Below are positions 25,524 through 38,911 of a stretch of DNA of 64,000 nt, piece by piece. This DNA comes from Octopus sinensis (taxonomy: Eukaryota). The position numbers and the translations under genes are program-made. The notes below the pieces were generated by a model that saw only the letters and a program-made list of their open reading frames with translations, did not search any database and had not been told where the DNA came from. Location of the stretch: contig NC_043003.1 of the NCBI RefSeq assembly GCF_006345805.1, positions 51,584,001 through 51,648,000 on the forward strand. Direction: 5' to 3'. Numbering within the stretch: position 1 is the first letter of the stretch; every line of letters starts with the position of its first letter.

Positions 25524-25528
<5 letters not shown>
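24595..25528. mobile_element. Non-autonomous DNA element with about 210-bp terminal inverted repeats
   Basis: 24595-24816 is the reverse complement of 25327-25528 (atagataaaagatggatgtggaaatagc...catgtctggaga); TG-rich interior; ends in TA context. Confidence 0.8.
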
Positions 25529-25564
<36 letters not shown>

Positions 25565-25799
25565 CTGTGGTTGTCTCCCTACCACCACTTAACAACCACT
25601 GTTGGTTTGTTTATATTCCCACACCTTAACAATTCAGTAAAAGAAACGGATCTTTGTGGTTTTCGTCACTGTTTACAATTTTTTTCCAATTGTTTTCAAA
25701 TTTGGTATATGGATTAAGATCTGTATACTAATTATGAAAATGAAATTCCATTTTTCTATAAATCCATAATTAAAAAGTTATTAGCCTTTAAAATTTGCA

Positions 25800-26250
25800 A
25801 AATTTGGGTATTTTAGCCAATCAGAAATGAGTATTTTACACATCACTGTGGTGATAAACTCTGTTTCCATAGTAACCATGCGCATGCACACAAGAAGGAG
25901 AAAGAGATATGAGAAAGATAATCTACTATAACAATACTCTTTATGTTTTTCTGTCACAACATATGAATGAGAAAGGAAGGGGTGATAGATGAATAAGGAA
26001 GGAAGGAAGGAAGGGATGACAGCAATCTGGTATTGGGAGCATTTCAACTGTGTGAGTATGTGTGTGTATGTAGAAGGAAGGTATGTGAATGTTTGTGTGT
26101 GTATGTGTGTGTGCAATAGAAGTGGGATGGTGAACATTCAATGCTGAAACTAAAAATAAAAACAGCGTTTCAACTTTGTGTGAGTATATGTATGTATGTG
26201 TGGAAGAGGCAGCAAACATGCTGTTTTCTGATTGGCTAAAAATTCTGAAA
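25800..26250. promoter_or_regulatory. Candidate promoter: RFX X-box, NRF1-like site and inverted CCAAT pair
   Basis: GTTTCCATAGTAAC at 25863-25876, TGCGCATGCA at 25879-25888, AGCCAATCAG at 25815-25824 and CTGATTGGCT at 26228-26237. Confidence 0.4.
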
Positions 26251-27319
26251 ATCATCAAACTTTGAACACCTGTAACATTTTACAAAATCGTTTTGAAATA
26301 AGTGTATAACAAATTGAGATTCAGCGGCAAAAATTACATCTATATGATACATTAAAAAATCATTTTAAAGATAATTGTAACCAGTGATGAAAACCGCAAA
26401 GACCCAAAGAAACCAACAGAATAAGTATCAGATTTTAAAATAAGTACCGAGGATGATTTGTTCAACTACACCCTTCAAAATGGTGCCCCAGCATGGTCAC
26501 AGCCCAATGACTAAAACAAGTAAAAGATGAAAGATACAAGATATACTAGTCAAAGGAATAAAAGACAGAGAGTGACCATGACTGACCATGACCTATACAG
26601 CTGACTGAAGATATATAGATTGTGATCTTCAGCCAATACATAAGAGGAAGACAGGCTACAAGTCTTTGGTGTGTGTGCAATGAATCTAAGGTGTGAAATA
26701 TGGCATGGATGACAAGGAAAGATTGATGCTGAGTAAGCCTCATTGGGAAAGGTTATTCAGCTCACTAGATCAGAACAGGTTGATAAGTTGGTGAGTAAAT
26801 TTTCACCAGTTGGTCTAATAAACTTGTGTTGGATATGGTCTAAGAGGTTAGTGTAACAGAAGCACTGTACCAGACACATTAACAATACCATATATATAGA
26901 TATATATATATATATAGCAAAACGAAGTGGGATTAATACAAGATTAGTAATCCAGGTGAAATACTTCTTAAGCTCTCTGTAGATAAAAATACACCAGGAT
27001 ATACAAGTGAGTCCTGTGATTGGTATTGTACTCCGGGTAATCCAAAATCAAAATCTGTCATTAGTCAGATTTGTAAATCCATGGTTCTGTTACAAGGTTA
27101 AGATGGTATAGTGTTACAGAGTGATACAGAAAATAGACAAAAATAATGGGTGATATACATTAGAGCCTTACAGCTGTTTCAGATATGTAATTGGGTGGAT
27201 TCATGGTTCAATTATATTTATAGACTGATTGATCAACTGAAAATAATGGGAACAGCCACTCTAAGATATCTTTTTCAGAGCCACAATTTTATATCTATGT
27301 ATGTGTGTTCATGAAAGAC

Positions 27320-29370
27320 TGCTGAATATGGAGAATGAATGAGAGGAGGAGAGCCTGCCAAATGTTGACCCAGCAGAGGGACCAGCTATCCGTATAGACA
27401 GCACCCTGGTAGATAAAGCAATTAAGGGTATGAAGCCAGGAAAAGCTCCAGGCCTATCAGGAATCACTGCTGAGATGCTTAAAATATCTGGTAGTGTAGG
27501 CTATGGCCTAGTCATCCACATTGTAAACCAGTTAGTTCATGATGGAGTCATACCGAATGACTGGTGTAGCAGCACCATAGTCAACTGCTACACGGGTAAA
27601 GATGATGCTTTAGATAGAAATAACTGCAAGGGTATCAAACTGCTGGATCAAGTGATAAAGGTCATGGAGAGGGTCATGACCCATCTCATTAGGGATAGGG
27701 TCTGCTTAGATGAGATGCTGTTCGGTTTTGTGTTAAGTAGAAGCACCACAGATAATATATTCCTGGTGCGGCAACTGCAGGAGAAATACCTAACCAAAGA
27801 TAAACCCCTATACTTGGCTTTTGTGGACTTGGAGAAAACCTTTGACAGGGTCCCCCGATCCCTTATCTGGTGGGCAATGCGGAAACTGGGGATTGACAAA
27901 TGGTTAATAAGAGCTGTACAGGCCCTATACAGAGATGCCGTTAGTTGGCAATGAGTATAGTGAAGAATTCCAAGTAGAAATAGGGGTCCACCAAGGATCA
28001 GCCCTCAGTACCCTTTTATTCATCATAATCTTCCAGGCAATAATAGACGATTTCAAGACAGGTTGCCCCTGGAAGCTCCTCTATGCTGATGACCTGGCCC
28101 TCATAGTAGAATCACTACCAGAACAAGAGAAGAAATTTCAGGTGTGGAAGCAAGGTTTAGAATCGAAGGGCCTTAGAGTCAATGTTGCAAAGACCAAAGT
28201 TCTAGTAAGTAGGAAGGCAAACACAACACGCCCCTTCAGGTAGGAGGCCCTGCTCGATCTGTAGAAAAGGTGTAGGCAGAAAGATGTACCCAGTGTAAGC
28301 TATGGTGTAGGTAGAAACTCCATAAGATGTACCCAGTGTAAGCTATTGACACATAAGAGGTGCAGCAATATCAAGGGAAGATAGCTTTTGTGTGTGGCAG
28401 ATGCACAAGGGCAATAAACACCACAGATGCTCAGAAAACAGATTCCATCACATGCCAGGGGAAGAAACCAGAAGTAGTTGATAGCTTCCACTACCTAGGT
28501 AACCAAGTCTGTAGTGGGGGTGGATACTCAGAGAGTGTTACCACTAGAATAAGAATACCCTGGGAAAAGTTTAGAAAGCTTCTACCTCTACTGGTGACAG
28601 AGTGAAAGGTAGATTGTACAATACATGTGTGCGAACTGTCATGCTTCACGGCAGTGAAACATAGGCCATGACTGCTGAGGTCATGTGTAGGCTCAAAAGA
28701 AATGAAGCTAGCATGATCCGCTGGATGTTTAAAGTCAGTGTGCACACACGACAGAGTGTAAGCGACCAGAGAGAAATGTTAGACATAAGAAGCATCGGAT
28801 GTGGCGTGCAAGAGAGACATTTGCACTGGTATGGTCATGTACTACAGAGAGATGAGAAGAGCTGTGTGAAGAAGTTCCACTCCCAAACAGTTGAAGGAAT
28901 CCAGGGTAGAGGTAGACCCAAGAAGACATGGAATGAGGTGGTGAAGCATGACCTTCAAACGTTGGATTTCACAGAGGCAATGATGAAAGACCAAGACCTC
29001 TGGAGATATGTTGTGACTGCGAAGACCTGATAAAGTGAGTTCACAGCTGTAACCTACACCAGCGTCGCATAACCAGCTCCAACCCACTCAAAGGTACCTT
29101 GGATTGTAGGGCAACATGCTGTGCTTGAGGAGACCTAGTACATCAAAATCAAATGGAAATTGTAATCATGATCCCTGTGCCAGTGGCATATAAAAAGCAC
29201 CCACTACACTGTCAGAGTGGTCGGCGTTAGGAAGGGCATCTGGTTGTAGAAACACTGCCAGATCAAACTGGAGCCTGGTGCAGCCATCTGGCTTCCCAGA
29301 CCCCATTCGAACCGTCCAACCCATGCCAGCATAGAAAATGGACATTAAACAATGATGATGATGATGATTA
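27320..29370 (+). mobile_element. 5'-truncated RTE-clade LINE (RT domain through (GAT)n tail), inactivated
   Basis: Consecutive frameshifted ORFs 27430-27954 (KAPGLSGIT, AFVDLEKTFDRVP), 27935-28243 (GVHQGSALS, LLYADDL), 28360-28605 and 28668-29030 (GRGRPKKTW). Confidence 0.95.
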
Positions 29371-29579
29371 TATATATATACATACATACACACACACACA
29401 CGTGTATGTATATATATATATATATATATTGAATAACAAAAATGTTAAGTTAATAATTCTTTCTCTACACTATAGGTGATGGGTGTAATTAACATGTCCT
29501 GACTTACTTTACAATGTCAGCATCAACCTTATTTGGTTTACATGCAGAGTGTGTCCCTAAGCATCTATCCACCAACCTA

Positions 29580-29720
29580 TATCTATTTTATATACCACCA
29601 TTTTAGCATCCACTTTTCTATGCTTGAATGGAATTTGTAGAGGCCAATGTACTATGGCCAGATGTCTTTCTTGTCACCCAAGTTAGTTAATATTTTCCCC
29701 ATGAGCATGTTTTAAAAGAA
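29580..29720 (-). mobile_element. Family D fragment
   Basis: ttttagcatccacttttctatgcttg...ggccagatgtctttcttgtcacc. Confidence 0.55.
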
Positions 29721-32700
29721 AATTAAAAATGAAGGGTTAACAAAAAAAAAAGGAGCTAGAAAGAACTAGAATGGGTATCTTGAACAATAACAAAGGATTT
29801 ATTTAAGTGTGATGACAGGCCAGGGCGAGAAAGTGCAGAGACCTGTCAGAAAACTGACAGTTGTAAGCATGGGGGAGTAGCTCTTTCTTCTAAACTTTGC
29901 TTTCCCAGGTAAAAAAAATATCTTTGACAAGTGAACTTTCATTTAAAGTAGGAGATGGGGGAATGGAGAAAAAGTGTGTGTGGGAGCAAAGTAAACCCAA
30001 CAAGGTCATTAGAATATGTCAGAATGTCGCTATAAAACTAATTAAAGAGATCACCAGAGTCCAACTCAATATGTCCTCTGATAAGATGACACCAAGTGAA
30101 AAGTTATATTTTCAAGCCAATGCTTTATTTAGACTGAGAGTTTAACTTAGTCAAGTTAGTTCCCTCTAAAGAACTGAAGAGGGGCAATGCTCATTGCTTT
30201 TGCTCACCCTCAAAACCCAGTGTGATGGATGAAAAGTATGACTGCAGTTGACATTGTTTGAATATCTGTATGTATGTAGGGTTGTGTCTGCAAGGGGAAA
30301 AAAAATAAGGAAACGAAGAAGCTCTTCTTTTAATATGCTGGTTAAATCAGGAGGAAGGAGCTGTACTCTTGACCTTCACAGTCCCTCCAAGACTGAATAA
30401 CCATAAGCTGGTGGTTAACAGGAAATACATGTATAGAAAAGTAATTAGAAGCTTGGCATTCTTACCAGGAAAGATAATGAAGTCTTTAGTGTGGGATATA
30501 AGTTGACAAGATAGTGTAAGTGATGTGAGGGAGGGAGAAAGTGGTGTGTCAGGGTAGAGGTGGTATACAACTGGTTAGTTCTGAGGAAGGGAAGCAATTG
30601 TATTTAACAACAGAATAGTCAGATTGAGGAGACAGCTGCTGTGTTGGTGAGTCATGGGCTTATAATCAGTTGGACTGGATGAGATATCTTGTAAGGTGTT
30701 GCATGAGATATCTTGTAAGGTGAGATTAAAGTAGAGATCTCAAACAGAAGAGGAGAGACTTGATGCTTGCATAGTGATTACAAGAAAGAGACTTCCAAGT
30801 CTTAGAATTAGGTGGGAAGTTTTATTTGTTGGAACAAGTATTTTTATACCTGTCTACTTGTCAAGTAGGAGTGGGCTAACAAATATTTTTGTTCAGTCAG
30901 GAAAACAAGAGATTGTAAATTAGATAGAGTGTGTTTACCAGGAACACACTCCCACATACACACACTATCATTATTGTTTCTATAAAACCAGATTATAATA
31001 TTAGGGTGTGTGGCCTAATGGTTAAGGTGTTACACCCATGATTGCAAGATGGTAGGTTCAATTCCCAGATTGGTTGGTGTATTGTGTTCTTGAGCAAAGC
31101 ATTTCATTTCATGCAGCTCTGTGATTGCTTTGACAGCTGACATATGGCATACCATGCACCTGCACAGGCAATGTAGATTTAACAGAGGAAGTGAGCTAAT
31201 GTACAGCACAAACATTTGATCACTATCAACAGACCAGCTGTACAAATTGTAAAACTGTTTTCTCATATCAAGAGATGACCATTAATTAATAGCAAATTAT
31301 AGAAAACATAATTCTATATTATAAAGGGTTAAGTTGATATAGTTGTGTGTATATGCATGTGATGAATCAGCTATTGGTTTCATCAATGAACATTTGTTCA
31401 GTCAACCAAACACCTGAATTAAATAAGTGGCTGAATATTTCACAGACACATGTCCCCTTAAATAATGTCCAAACTGAATCAGTATGACTCATGTATCATA
31501 GTTGGACCTTTGAATCATAGATGCAATCCACCTAACAAGTTTCCACAAAGTTTCTGTTGACCCAATTTCTTTCACAAGGCTAGGGGTTAACTCAAGATTA
31601 TAGCAAAGACACCTGCCCTAAATGCCAAGCGATGAAATTGTTCCTGGGGCCTTGAGATTGCAAACTTCTTAGCTACTCAGCTAAAACGTTTAACAGTGAA
31701 TTTAGAACACATAACAATGAAAACAATCATCCACATTCAGTGAGTTTTGTGATATTTGACAGCACTAACGTTTTTATGTCTAATACAATCTCATCAAAAA
31801 TACCCTCTCCACATAATTCAAGGCTTTGTGCCTATGTACAAATACGATATTTTACTCATGACTACATGAACACATCCAGGAATCTAAATTCACACCTATT
31901 GCAATTTTCATAGAAAGCATTGCATACACAGGTACACCATTGCTTTTCTAGAACCTTTACTTCCAAAACCTTTCCAGATTATTTCTTTTTCCAAAGCAGG
32001 AATGGTCATCTCTAAATTAAATTTTAAATTCACCTGGATAATCAAATGTAATACAGGTGCATTAGTATACAGGTAATTAGTGCAGATTATAAGAGATTCT
32101 GGACCACCAGTCAGTGCTGTACATACACACTGATCAACGACATTTACTCATCCTAAAACCCCCACAGTTTAAATTTAACCCGTTTGCATTTAATCCGGCC
32201 CAAATATTCTCCGTGCATTATGCTAAAACTGACCAGATCCAACCCCTCACACCTGCCCTACAATGTAATTCTGAAAACATACACACACATCATCTTGAAG
32301 CTACAAAATAATGCAATGTGAAGAAATAAGCAATACATTTGACAAGCAAATCTGAATACTAAAAGGAGAAAATACTGTAATACATTTGGCACAAAATATT
32401 GGATAGAATCATGAGATACTAATATCAGGTGTTGAGATTTCCAAAGTATAAATAAAATAGAATGCTGAATCAATAATTTCATATCATACTATCCTATCAT
32501 TACTGATTTATTTATCCATGTACTAATGTAGACAAATGGAAAGAATTACTTAAGCTTTCAATGATTACAGGAATCCATCAATGAGCGATCAAGTATATTG
32601 ACTTTTGTAAAAGGGAACAGTTGATTATATTATTGATTTCGGCTGATATATTTTATTGATTTCAGACAGATGAAAGGTAAAGCTGGTCTTTTTATCATGA

Positions 32701-34399
32701 GGACAACATTTAATTGTTCTCATAACTGGGTGGATGGATGGAGAGATTGTGCGCGCATGTGTGTGTGTGTATGCAGAAGGAACAGACAACCATGGTCAAC
32801 TAGATACCAGAGTGCTTCATTAGCTTGTAGTACAGAGTTTAATTCATCTTGGAGGAGGAAGCTACCAGCTATAGAGCAACATCCTACACAGGGAAACATC
32901 TGCTGCGTCTACTTCAAGTTAAAGAAAATGCAACATTAGTTACTCAGATCTTAGGGACTCAGAAAAGGCTGAAGGGATTGAAAGGGGAGCCTAATTAAGA
33001 CCCAAGTTCAAAACAACAAAGAATGATTCAAGAGAGATTTGGCTGCAATGGGATTACTTAACCTGGCAGCTCAAGTGATTTCACAGAAGTTTTTTCATTG
33101 GTTCATTTGTATTTGCTTTCACCAGGCAGGAGTTGAGCTGGCTCCAGCAAGTGAATCCGCAGCATCACAAAAAGATGCTAACCATTGAGATCACAGGCAT
33201 TTAACATGGAGATCATCAACCAATTGTGATTCTGACAGCAGACATGGTACATGAAGATCAGACATCATTTCAAGATCCAACAATCATACTAACTGGCGTT
33301 TTCAGTTGTCTACCTCACTGCTTACACCATCTCAGGAGGGACTTTGGTTTAAATGCATCCTGAATGAGTTTGTTTCTTCAAAGATGATGATGCACGGCCA
33401 AACTAATGGGGGCAGTTTTGAGCAAGAATTGCTGAAAGGAATTAATCAGACAATGATAATGAATTTCTAAGTTTGATATGACATCCAGAGTGAAAATATG
33501 GAAGATTCAGTGAAAGCAAAGGTGGTCAAATACTATCTAACTTGTGTAAATCCAGCATGATCATTCATCATGTCTTACAAGATATAAAGCATAGCAAGAT
33601 GCAGTTCTTCTTGTTTTTGCTTTTTTTTTTAGTACATGGATTTTGACCTAAACCAAAGCCAACTTTGAAAATGACAGAAGGTACCATGTGTATAGAAAGC
33701 AGTTTTATACTTCAATCTTTTTGTTGAGGAATGTCATGTTTTACACAGAAAACAGTTTTATAAACCAATCTTTCTTTTGTTGAAGAATGTCATGTTTAAA
33801 ACCATTTTCTGTTGAGCTATATCACATTTATTGAGGCAATGTGACTTTCAGAAAATATACCAATACTATTTTTGGTAAATACTTAACACCATTACTTGAA
33901 TAATTATAACATGGAAATTTTGCAGTGAAGGCAAACCACAGCAGCCTTTGATTCTGTTGCTTGCAACACGAAATACAAGGATATCAAGATTGTAGATGGA
34001 TGACTTGTGAAGCTGCGAAGTCTAATTAGAGCATGCAACTCTACACAAATAAAGATTCAGTACAATGGTGAGAAATCTGAAATCTTTGAAATTCATTTTT
34101 TCTGACTAGCTCTTTGACGATCTCAGCAGCTGAATGGCAGAGCACGTTTATGCAGATTTCTTGGGACAAGATTTCACTGTCATTGACCTAGAGTATGCTG
34201 ACAAATTCATGATAATTGGTAATAGATACGTGAATGTCCAATAAGGTCTTGAACACCTCAGTGTATATGCATCATTTTATTAGCACTTAATGTCCGTTTT
34301 CCATGCTGGCATGGATTGGACAGTTTAACAAGAGCTGGTGAGGACAGGAATTGCACTAAGCTCCATTGTCTGTTTACACATGGTGAAAATAAAGACCGC

Positions 34400-34690
34400 A
34401 TCTGCTGCTATCAGATGGCACATGGAGGTGTTATCCTCAATGACTGGTGTAGCAGCATCTTCAACTGCTGCTGCAAGGGCAAAGAAGAGGTTTATGAAAG
34501 GAGTAATTACAGAGGTATCAAAGTGATGGACTAAGTTACGAAAATAGCAGAAAGTTACAGTACGGTTAATTAGGAGGAGAATTAGCTTAGATTAGATGTT
34601 GTTTGGGTTTGTGCCAGAACCTGAAACCATTAATGTCTTCTTTTTAGCGAGATGAACTGCAGAAGTTTGTAGTTAAGAATCGATGATGAG
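34400..34690 (+). mobile_element. Old RTE RT fragment
   Basis: GVILNDWCSSIFNCCCKGK...NYRGIKVMD parallels GVIPNDWCSSTIVNCYTGK...NCKGIKLLD at about 27540-27650. Confidence 0.8.
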
Positions 34691-35379
34691 GTTCCCCTCA
34701 TTGAATAGAAATGTTTGTGAGAGTGGAAGGATTAGCAGATAAAACAACATAAGTGGCATCAAAACACAGACTAGATGAAAACAACAGAATATTAACAAGA
34801 CAAGATGAGGGAGCTGCTACATGGTCCCTGGACCTGCTAGAAACAACAGTCAAAATATCCCTCAAGTCAAAACCCTACCATCTCAAATAAGGGCATATTA
34901 GATAATATAGTCCAACACATCTCTAGTGAGATGATTACAACTGGAATGCCTTTGATGACAGCCCAGGGTTAACTTGGGTTAAATGAGAACAAAAATGATT
35001 GTGTATTAAGGGAAACAAATAGACAAAGACATGAAACTGACTGGAAAGAGTGCATATGTATGATACCATAGACTGTACAGATGATGAAATGGCAAGAGGG
35101 GGAGAAGAGATAATATCAGATAGCAGTAATAAACCACATCAACATCCCACTAAGGTTTGACTGGGGATAAAGATTAGAAACCAGCAATGGTGGGGATGGT
35201 GTGCATAAGAGCAAGATTAGGCTTTGTTGTTACTTATAACCAACACAGATGGGAGAGGGGGAGAGGGAGGGAAAAGCAGAAGGAGTGATGATGAACGAAG
35301 GGTATGAAATCAGAATTAAGTGACTTGTTGTCAGCAAAAGCCATCATGAAAGCAAGTTCATATGGTTCCGGCTTTGATC

Positions 35380-35700
35380 TCTCTGATTATATCAGATGCC
35401 CTTCCTGTCGCCAACTCTCACTTGTTTCCAAGCAAGGTAATGTTTCCCCATGACTGGATGTTTTCTTGGAAGAATAGAAACAAAGGACATTCTTTTTATG
35501 GCAGTGACACTTGTCTACAACAGGTTCGTGATGCCAACATGAAGAGACACACAAATGCATATACACAAACATGCATGATTCTTGTTTTTCAGTCTCAGCC
35601 TACCAAATCCACTCATAAGGGCTTGATCAGCCCATGGTTGTAGAAAACACTCACCCAAAGAGACATGCAGCAGGACTGAACCTCAAACCATGTGAATACA
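35380..35700 (-). mobile_element. Family D element followed by a SINE-A head, both minus
   Basis: gatgcccttcctgtcgccaactctcacttgtttcc, then accaaatccactcataagg...ggactgaacc. Confidence 0.65.
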
Positions 35701-36757
35701 GCCATGCCTGAACTTGTGTGTGTGTGTGTGTGTGAGGATAAGTGGATGTCTGCATTAGCAAAAAAATATCTAACAAAGTTCACAAACACAGAAAAATTTG
35801 AGAAAAAATAAATTGAAAATTTGACTTCAAAGTGCTTTCCTTGAAATATAGGTAATCACATATCTAGATAGCTTATGAACGTATCCAAATTTTCACTCTA
35901 CTTAAATAAGATCAGGTCATGTAACTTTTGATAAAGTTAATGGTTACAACCAATAACGTTATTCTTTGAATTCATATTGCCAACAAAAAATGTATAAGGT
36001 TGAAAAAGTTTTCTTCATAATCTGGAAATTATGACATGAGAAAAAGTGTCAAGGCTGGAAATACCAACTCAAATGAAAGGTCAAGTCATAACAATTTTAT
36101 ACAGGTCATAAGTTTATGACAAAGTGAAGAGATTTGGAACAGATTATAAATATTACTTGAGCTCAGATAGATTAAGATGAGTCAACAAGAGCCAAATTTC
36201 CCTCAAAGTATATAACCCTACTATCTTGAAAAGAGAAAACACTGGGTAATGTATTCCTAGATGCACAAAGCCCATGAGAAAGACAAGACTGCCATGGTTG
36301 GAATGCCATAGGTCAGGCTAACAAAGTTAATCAAGGACAATCTGTTACAATTATGTCTTAAGGAAACAAAGATACACAGGAAAAAAAGAAAACGAAGAAA
36401 AATGAAATGGGAGAAAAAGGTAATTTACTCCAAAGAGAAAAAGAATGGTTTTGACAGGAAATTCCACTTCTATTACAAAATACTTTAAGGACAATGAGGA
36501 AAAGAAATAATGAGACTAAGAGCATGGAAATTAGGGGAAGGGTCAAATTTCTGATATGTATGACATCAAAGTTGAAACTCAGCTTGCTGACGACTTTTTC
36601 TATATATACAGACATACATACATATGTATATATAATATATATCCTCTTTCGCAAATTCCAGGCCTTGTGCCTATGCCACAAATAATTATACATGCATGCA
36701 TATATACGTATATGTGTGTATGTATAAACATGTGTATAAGCATACACACATATACAC

Positions 36758-36789
<32 letters not shown>

Positions 36790-37135
36790 GGCACGTAAAA
36801 AGTACCATCCGTTGGTGTCCGTTGCCAGCCTCGCCTGGCCCCCGTGCCGGTGGCACGTAAAAGCACCATCCGTTCGTGTCCGTTGCCAGCCTCGCCTGGC
36901 GCCCGTGCCGGTGGCACGTAAAAGCACCATCCATTCGTGGCCGTTTGCTAGCTCCATCTGGCACCTGTAAAAAGCACCCACTACACTCACGGAGTGGTTG
37001 GCGTTAGGAAGGGCATCCAGCCGTAGAAACACTGCCAGATCAGACTGGGCCTGATGCAGCCTTCTGGCTTCACAGACCCCAGTTGAACCGTCCAACCCAT
37101 GCTACCATGGAAAGTGGACGCTAAATGGTGATGAT
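36790..37135 (+). mobile_element. RTE 3' tail with a 59-bp tandem repeat (about 3 copies)
   Basis: ggcacgtaaaaagcaccatcc...gcctcgcctggc.cccgtgccggt repeated, then the standard tail. Confidence 0.88.
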
Positions 37136-37695
37136 GATATATATATATATCTTTATATATATATATATATAAAATGTATGTATAAGTTGCCTGTAACATT
37201 GATACAAGGCTTGGAAATTGGGGACATCATCGACTCCACTACTTGAATAATAATTTATACACTATATGCCTGCATAAATTGTTGACAATTTTGTACTATG
37301 AACAAAGAGTGTTCGGTGCAGATAGTGTCTTATTAAAACATTCAGCTTTATATAATATACACACCTACTACTTTACAAATGTACACATTGCGTTTGAAAT
37401 TATACATACACACAAATTCCACTACAATTGCTAAAACTTTTGATGTTTTTGTTTAACTCAAGGTAAAACTTGCCTGAATAATGTCAAAAGTTTTCTATTC
37501 GTGATCATCCCATCGCTTTCTTTTCTCGGATAAAGTAATATCTACATCAATGTGTAATATCCAAAGTATCTTCACATTTTGTAAAGCAGTACGGTGTTGT
37601 TTAAGGGAAACTTGACTGCTATTTCTAGCAGATCAAGCAATTACGAAAAGCTTTCTTCGATGGTTCGTAGATTAAGACGAAATTCAATGACTTAC

Positions 37696-37773
37696 GTCGA
37701 CCAAATAAATATACAGATGCCAAAAGTAAGATTATACCACGAAGAAACAGAACTTATTTGCAGCATATGAGAC
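37696..37773 (-). other. Candidate 78-nt exon with ATG (MLQISSVSSWYNLTFGICIFIWS...)
   Basis: Acceptor tatgtttag|G at 37774, donor |GTAAGT at 37695; only one frame is open; ATG at 37766-37764. Confidence 0.35.
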
Positions 37774-38495
37774 CTAAACATAGCATGTACAACTTCGAGA
37801 CACGAACAAAACAGTGCTGTGCCAGGAGTAACGAATCACACACACGTTGTTCTATTTCACCTATGGTTGCACAGGGTCTTCAAGTTTATATATATACAAA
37901 TTGAGATAGGGGTTGTAAATGCAACCCTCCATGGGATAACATATATCCAATATACTGCTAGTGAACTCGGACGTACATCTGTGCACCTGTGGATCTTAAT
38001 GTCGTGTAGACAGAATGCTTTTATTTCATATTTCGTATGTATATGCAGATATTTAACACTTTGCATGGTATTGTGGTACTATTGTGACTATATTGCTAAT
38101 AATGGAATCTATATATTGTTTTTCTAGTATTAGCGTTATTAATAATAATATGAATGATGATATTGGTAGCATTAGTGGTAATGATAATGATGCTAACATT
38201 AATGACATTTTGGAAATTAATAAGAATTAATATAATGTACTCTTGACTCTGTATATCTGCATTTAGGTATTAATATGTGTATGTTTTTCTACATTGTAAT
38301 TATCACAATATTAAGTTGAAAAACTGTAACATTGAATGTGGAACATATGTATGTTTATTGATTTATATTATTTATATTATTATGTATATGTATAGGAGTA
38401 TGAGTATATGCACTCATATGTATATGTATATGTTTTACTATGGGTATGTACCCAAACCTATATAAGTGTGTATGTAATCTGATTTGTATCACATA

Positions 38496-38622
38496 ATCTC
38501 CGGAGAGGCCTTAGGATATTTTTGTAAATGTCTCATTTATAACTACATATTGACCTACCATAAATGGCTAATATAAGTAAAATGAGACATACTTATCTGC
38601 ATGGCCGAAACAGCTGTAAGAT
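38496..38622 (+). ncRNA. Hammerhead-ribozyme-like fold with an extended stem II (variant core)
   Basis: ATCT|CCGGAGA|GGCC...GGCC|GAAA-CAGCTG-T-A|AGAT; internal tgtctcattt/aaatgagaca hairpin; the core differs from CUGANGA at two positions. Confidence 0.35.
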
Positions 38623-38911
38623 GTAGTCTATATTTATATTTATATTTACTTATATTCTCTTATACATATTGTACTTATTGTATAACATTACTCCTTTATG
38701 TACACTGTTTTGTTCTACATTATTATGTTTCACCTTAAAGTTCCTTATGTGGTGGTTTAATAAAGTATGTGATTGGGTATTATCTGGTAATTGATATTTG
38801 ATTTGGATGTATATCTCCATTTTCTTATTTTGTGTATATATATATATACGCGTGCACACACACACACATCCCAAGGGAGCATCTAGAGGCCAAGGGGTTC
38901 ACTCGATCTGT

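Noticed and set aside
29780-30900. GA-rich block that may be an old LINE endonuclease region (similarly 58800-59900)
   Set aside because: No motif could be read with confidence, so it is not called.
31900-32010. Minus-strand frames DDHSCFGKRNNLERFW and MTIPALEKEIIWKGFG as the next exon of the 37696 candidate
   Set aside because: Weak acceptor and several equally plausible frames; no independent support.
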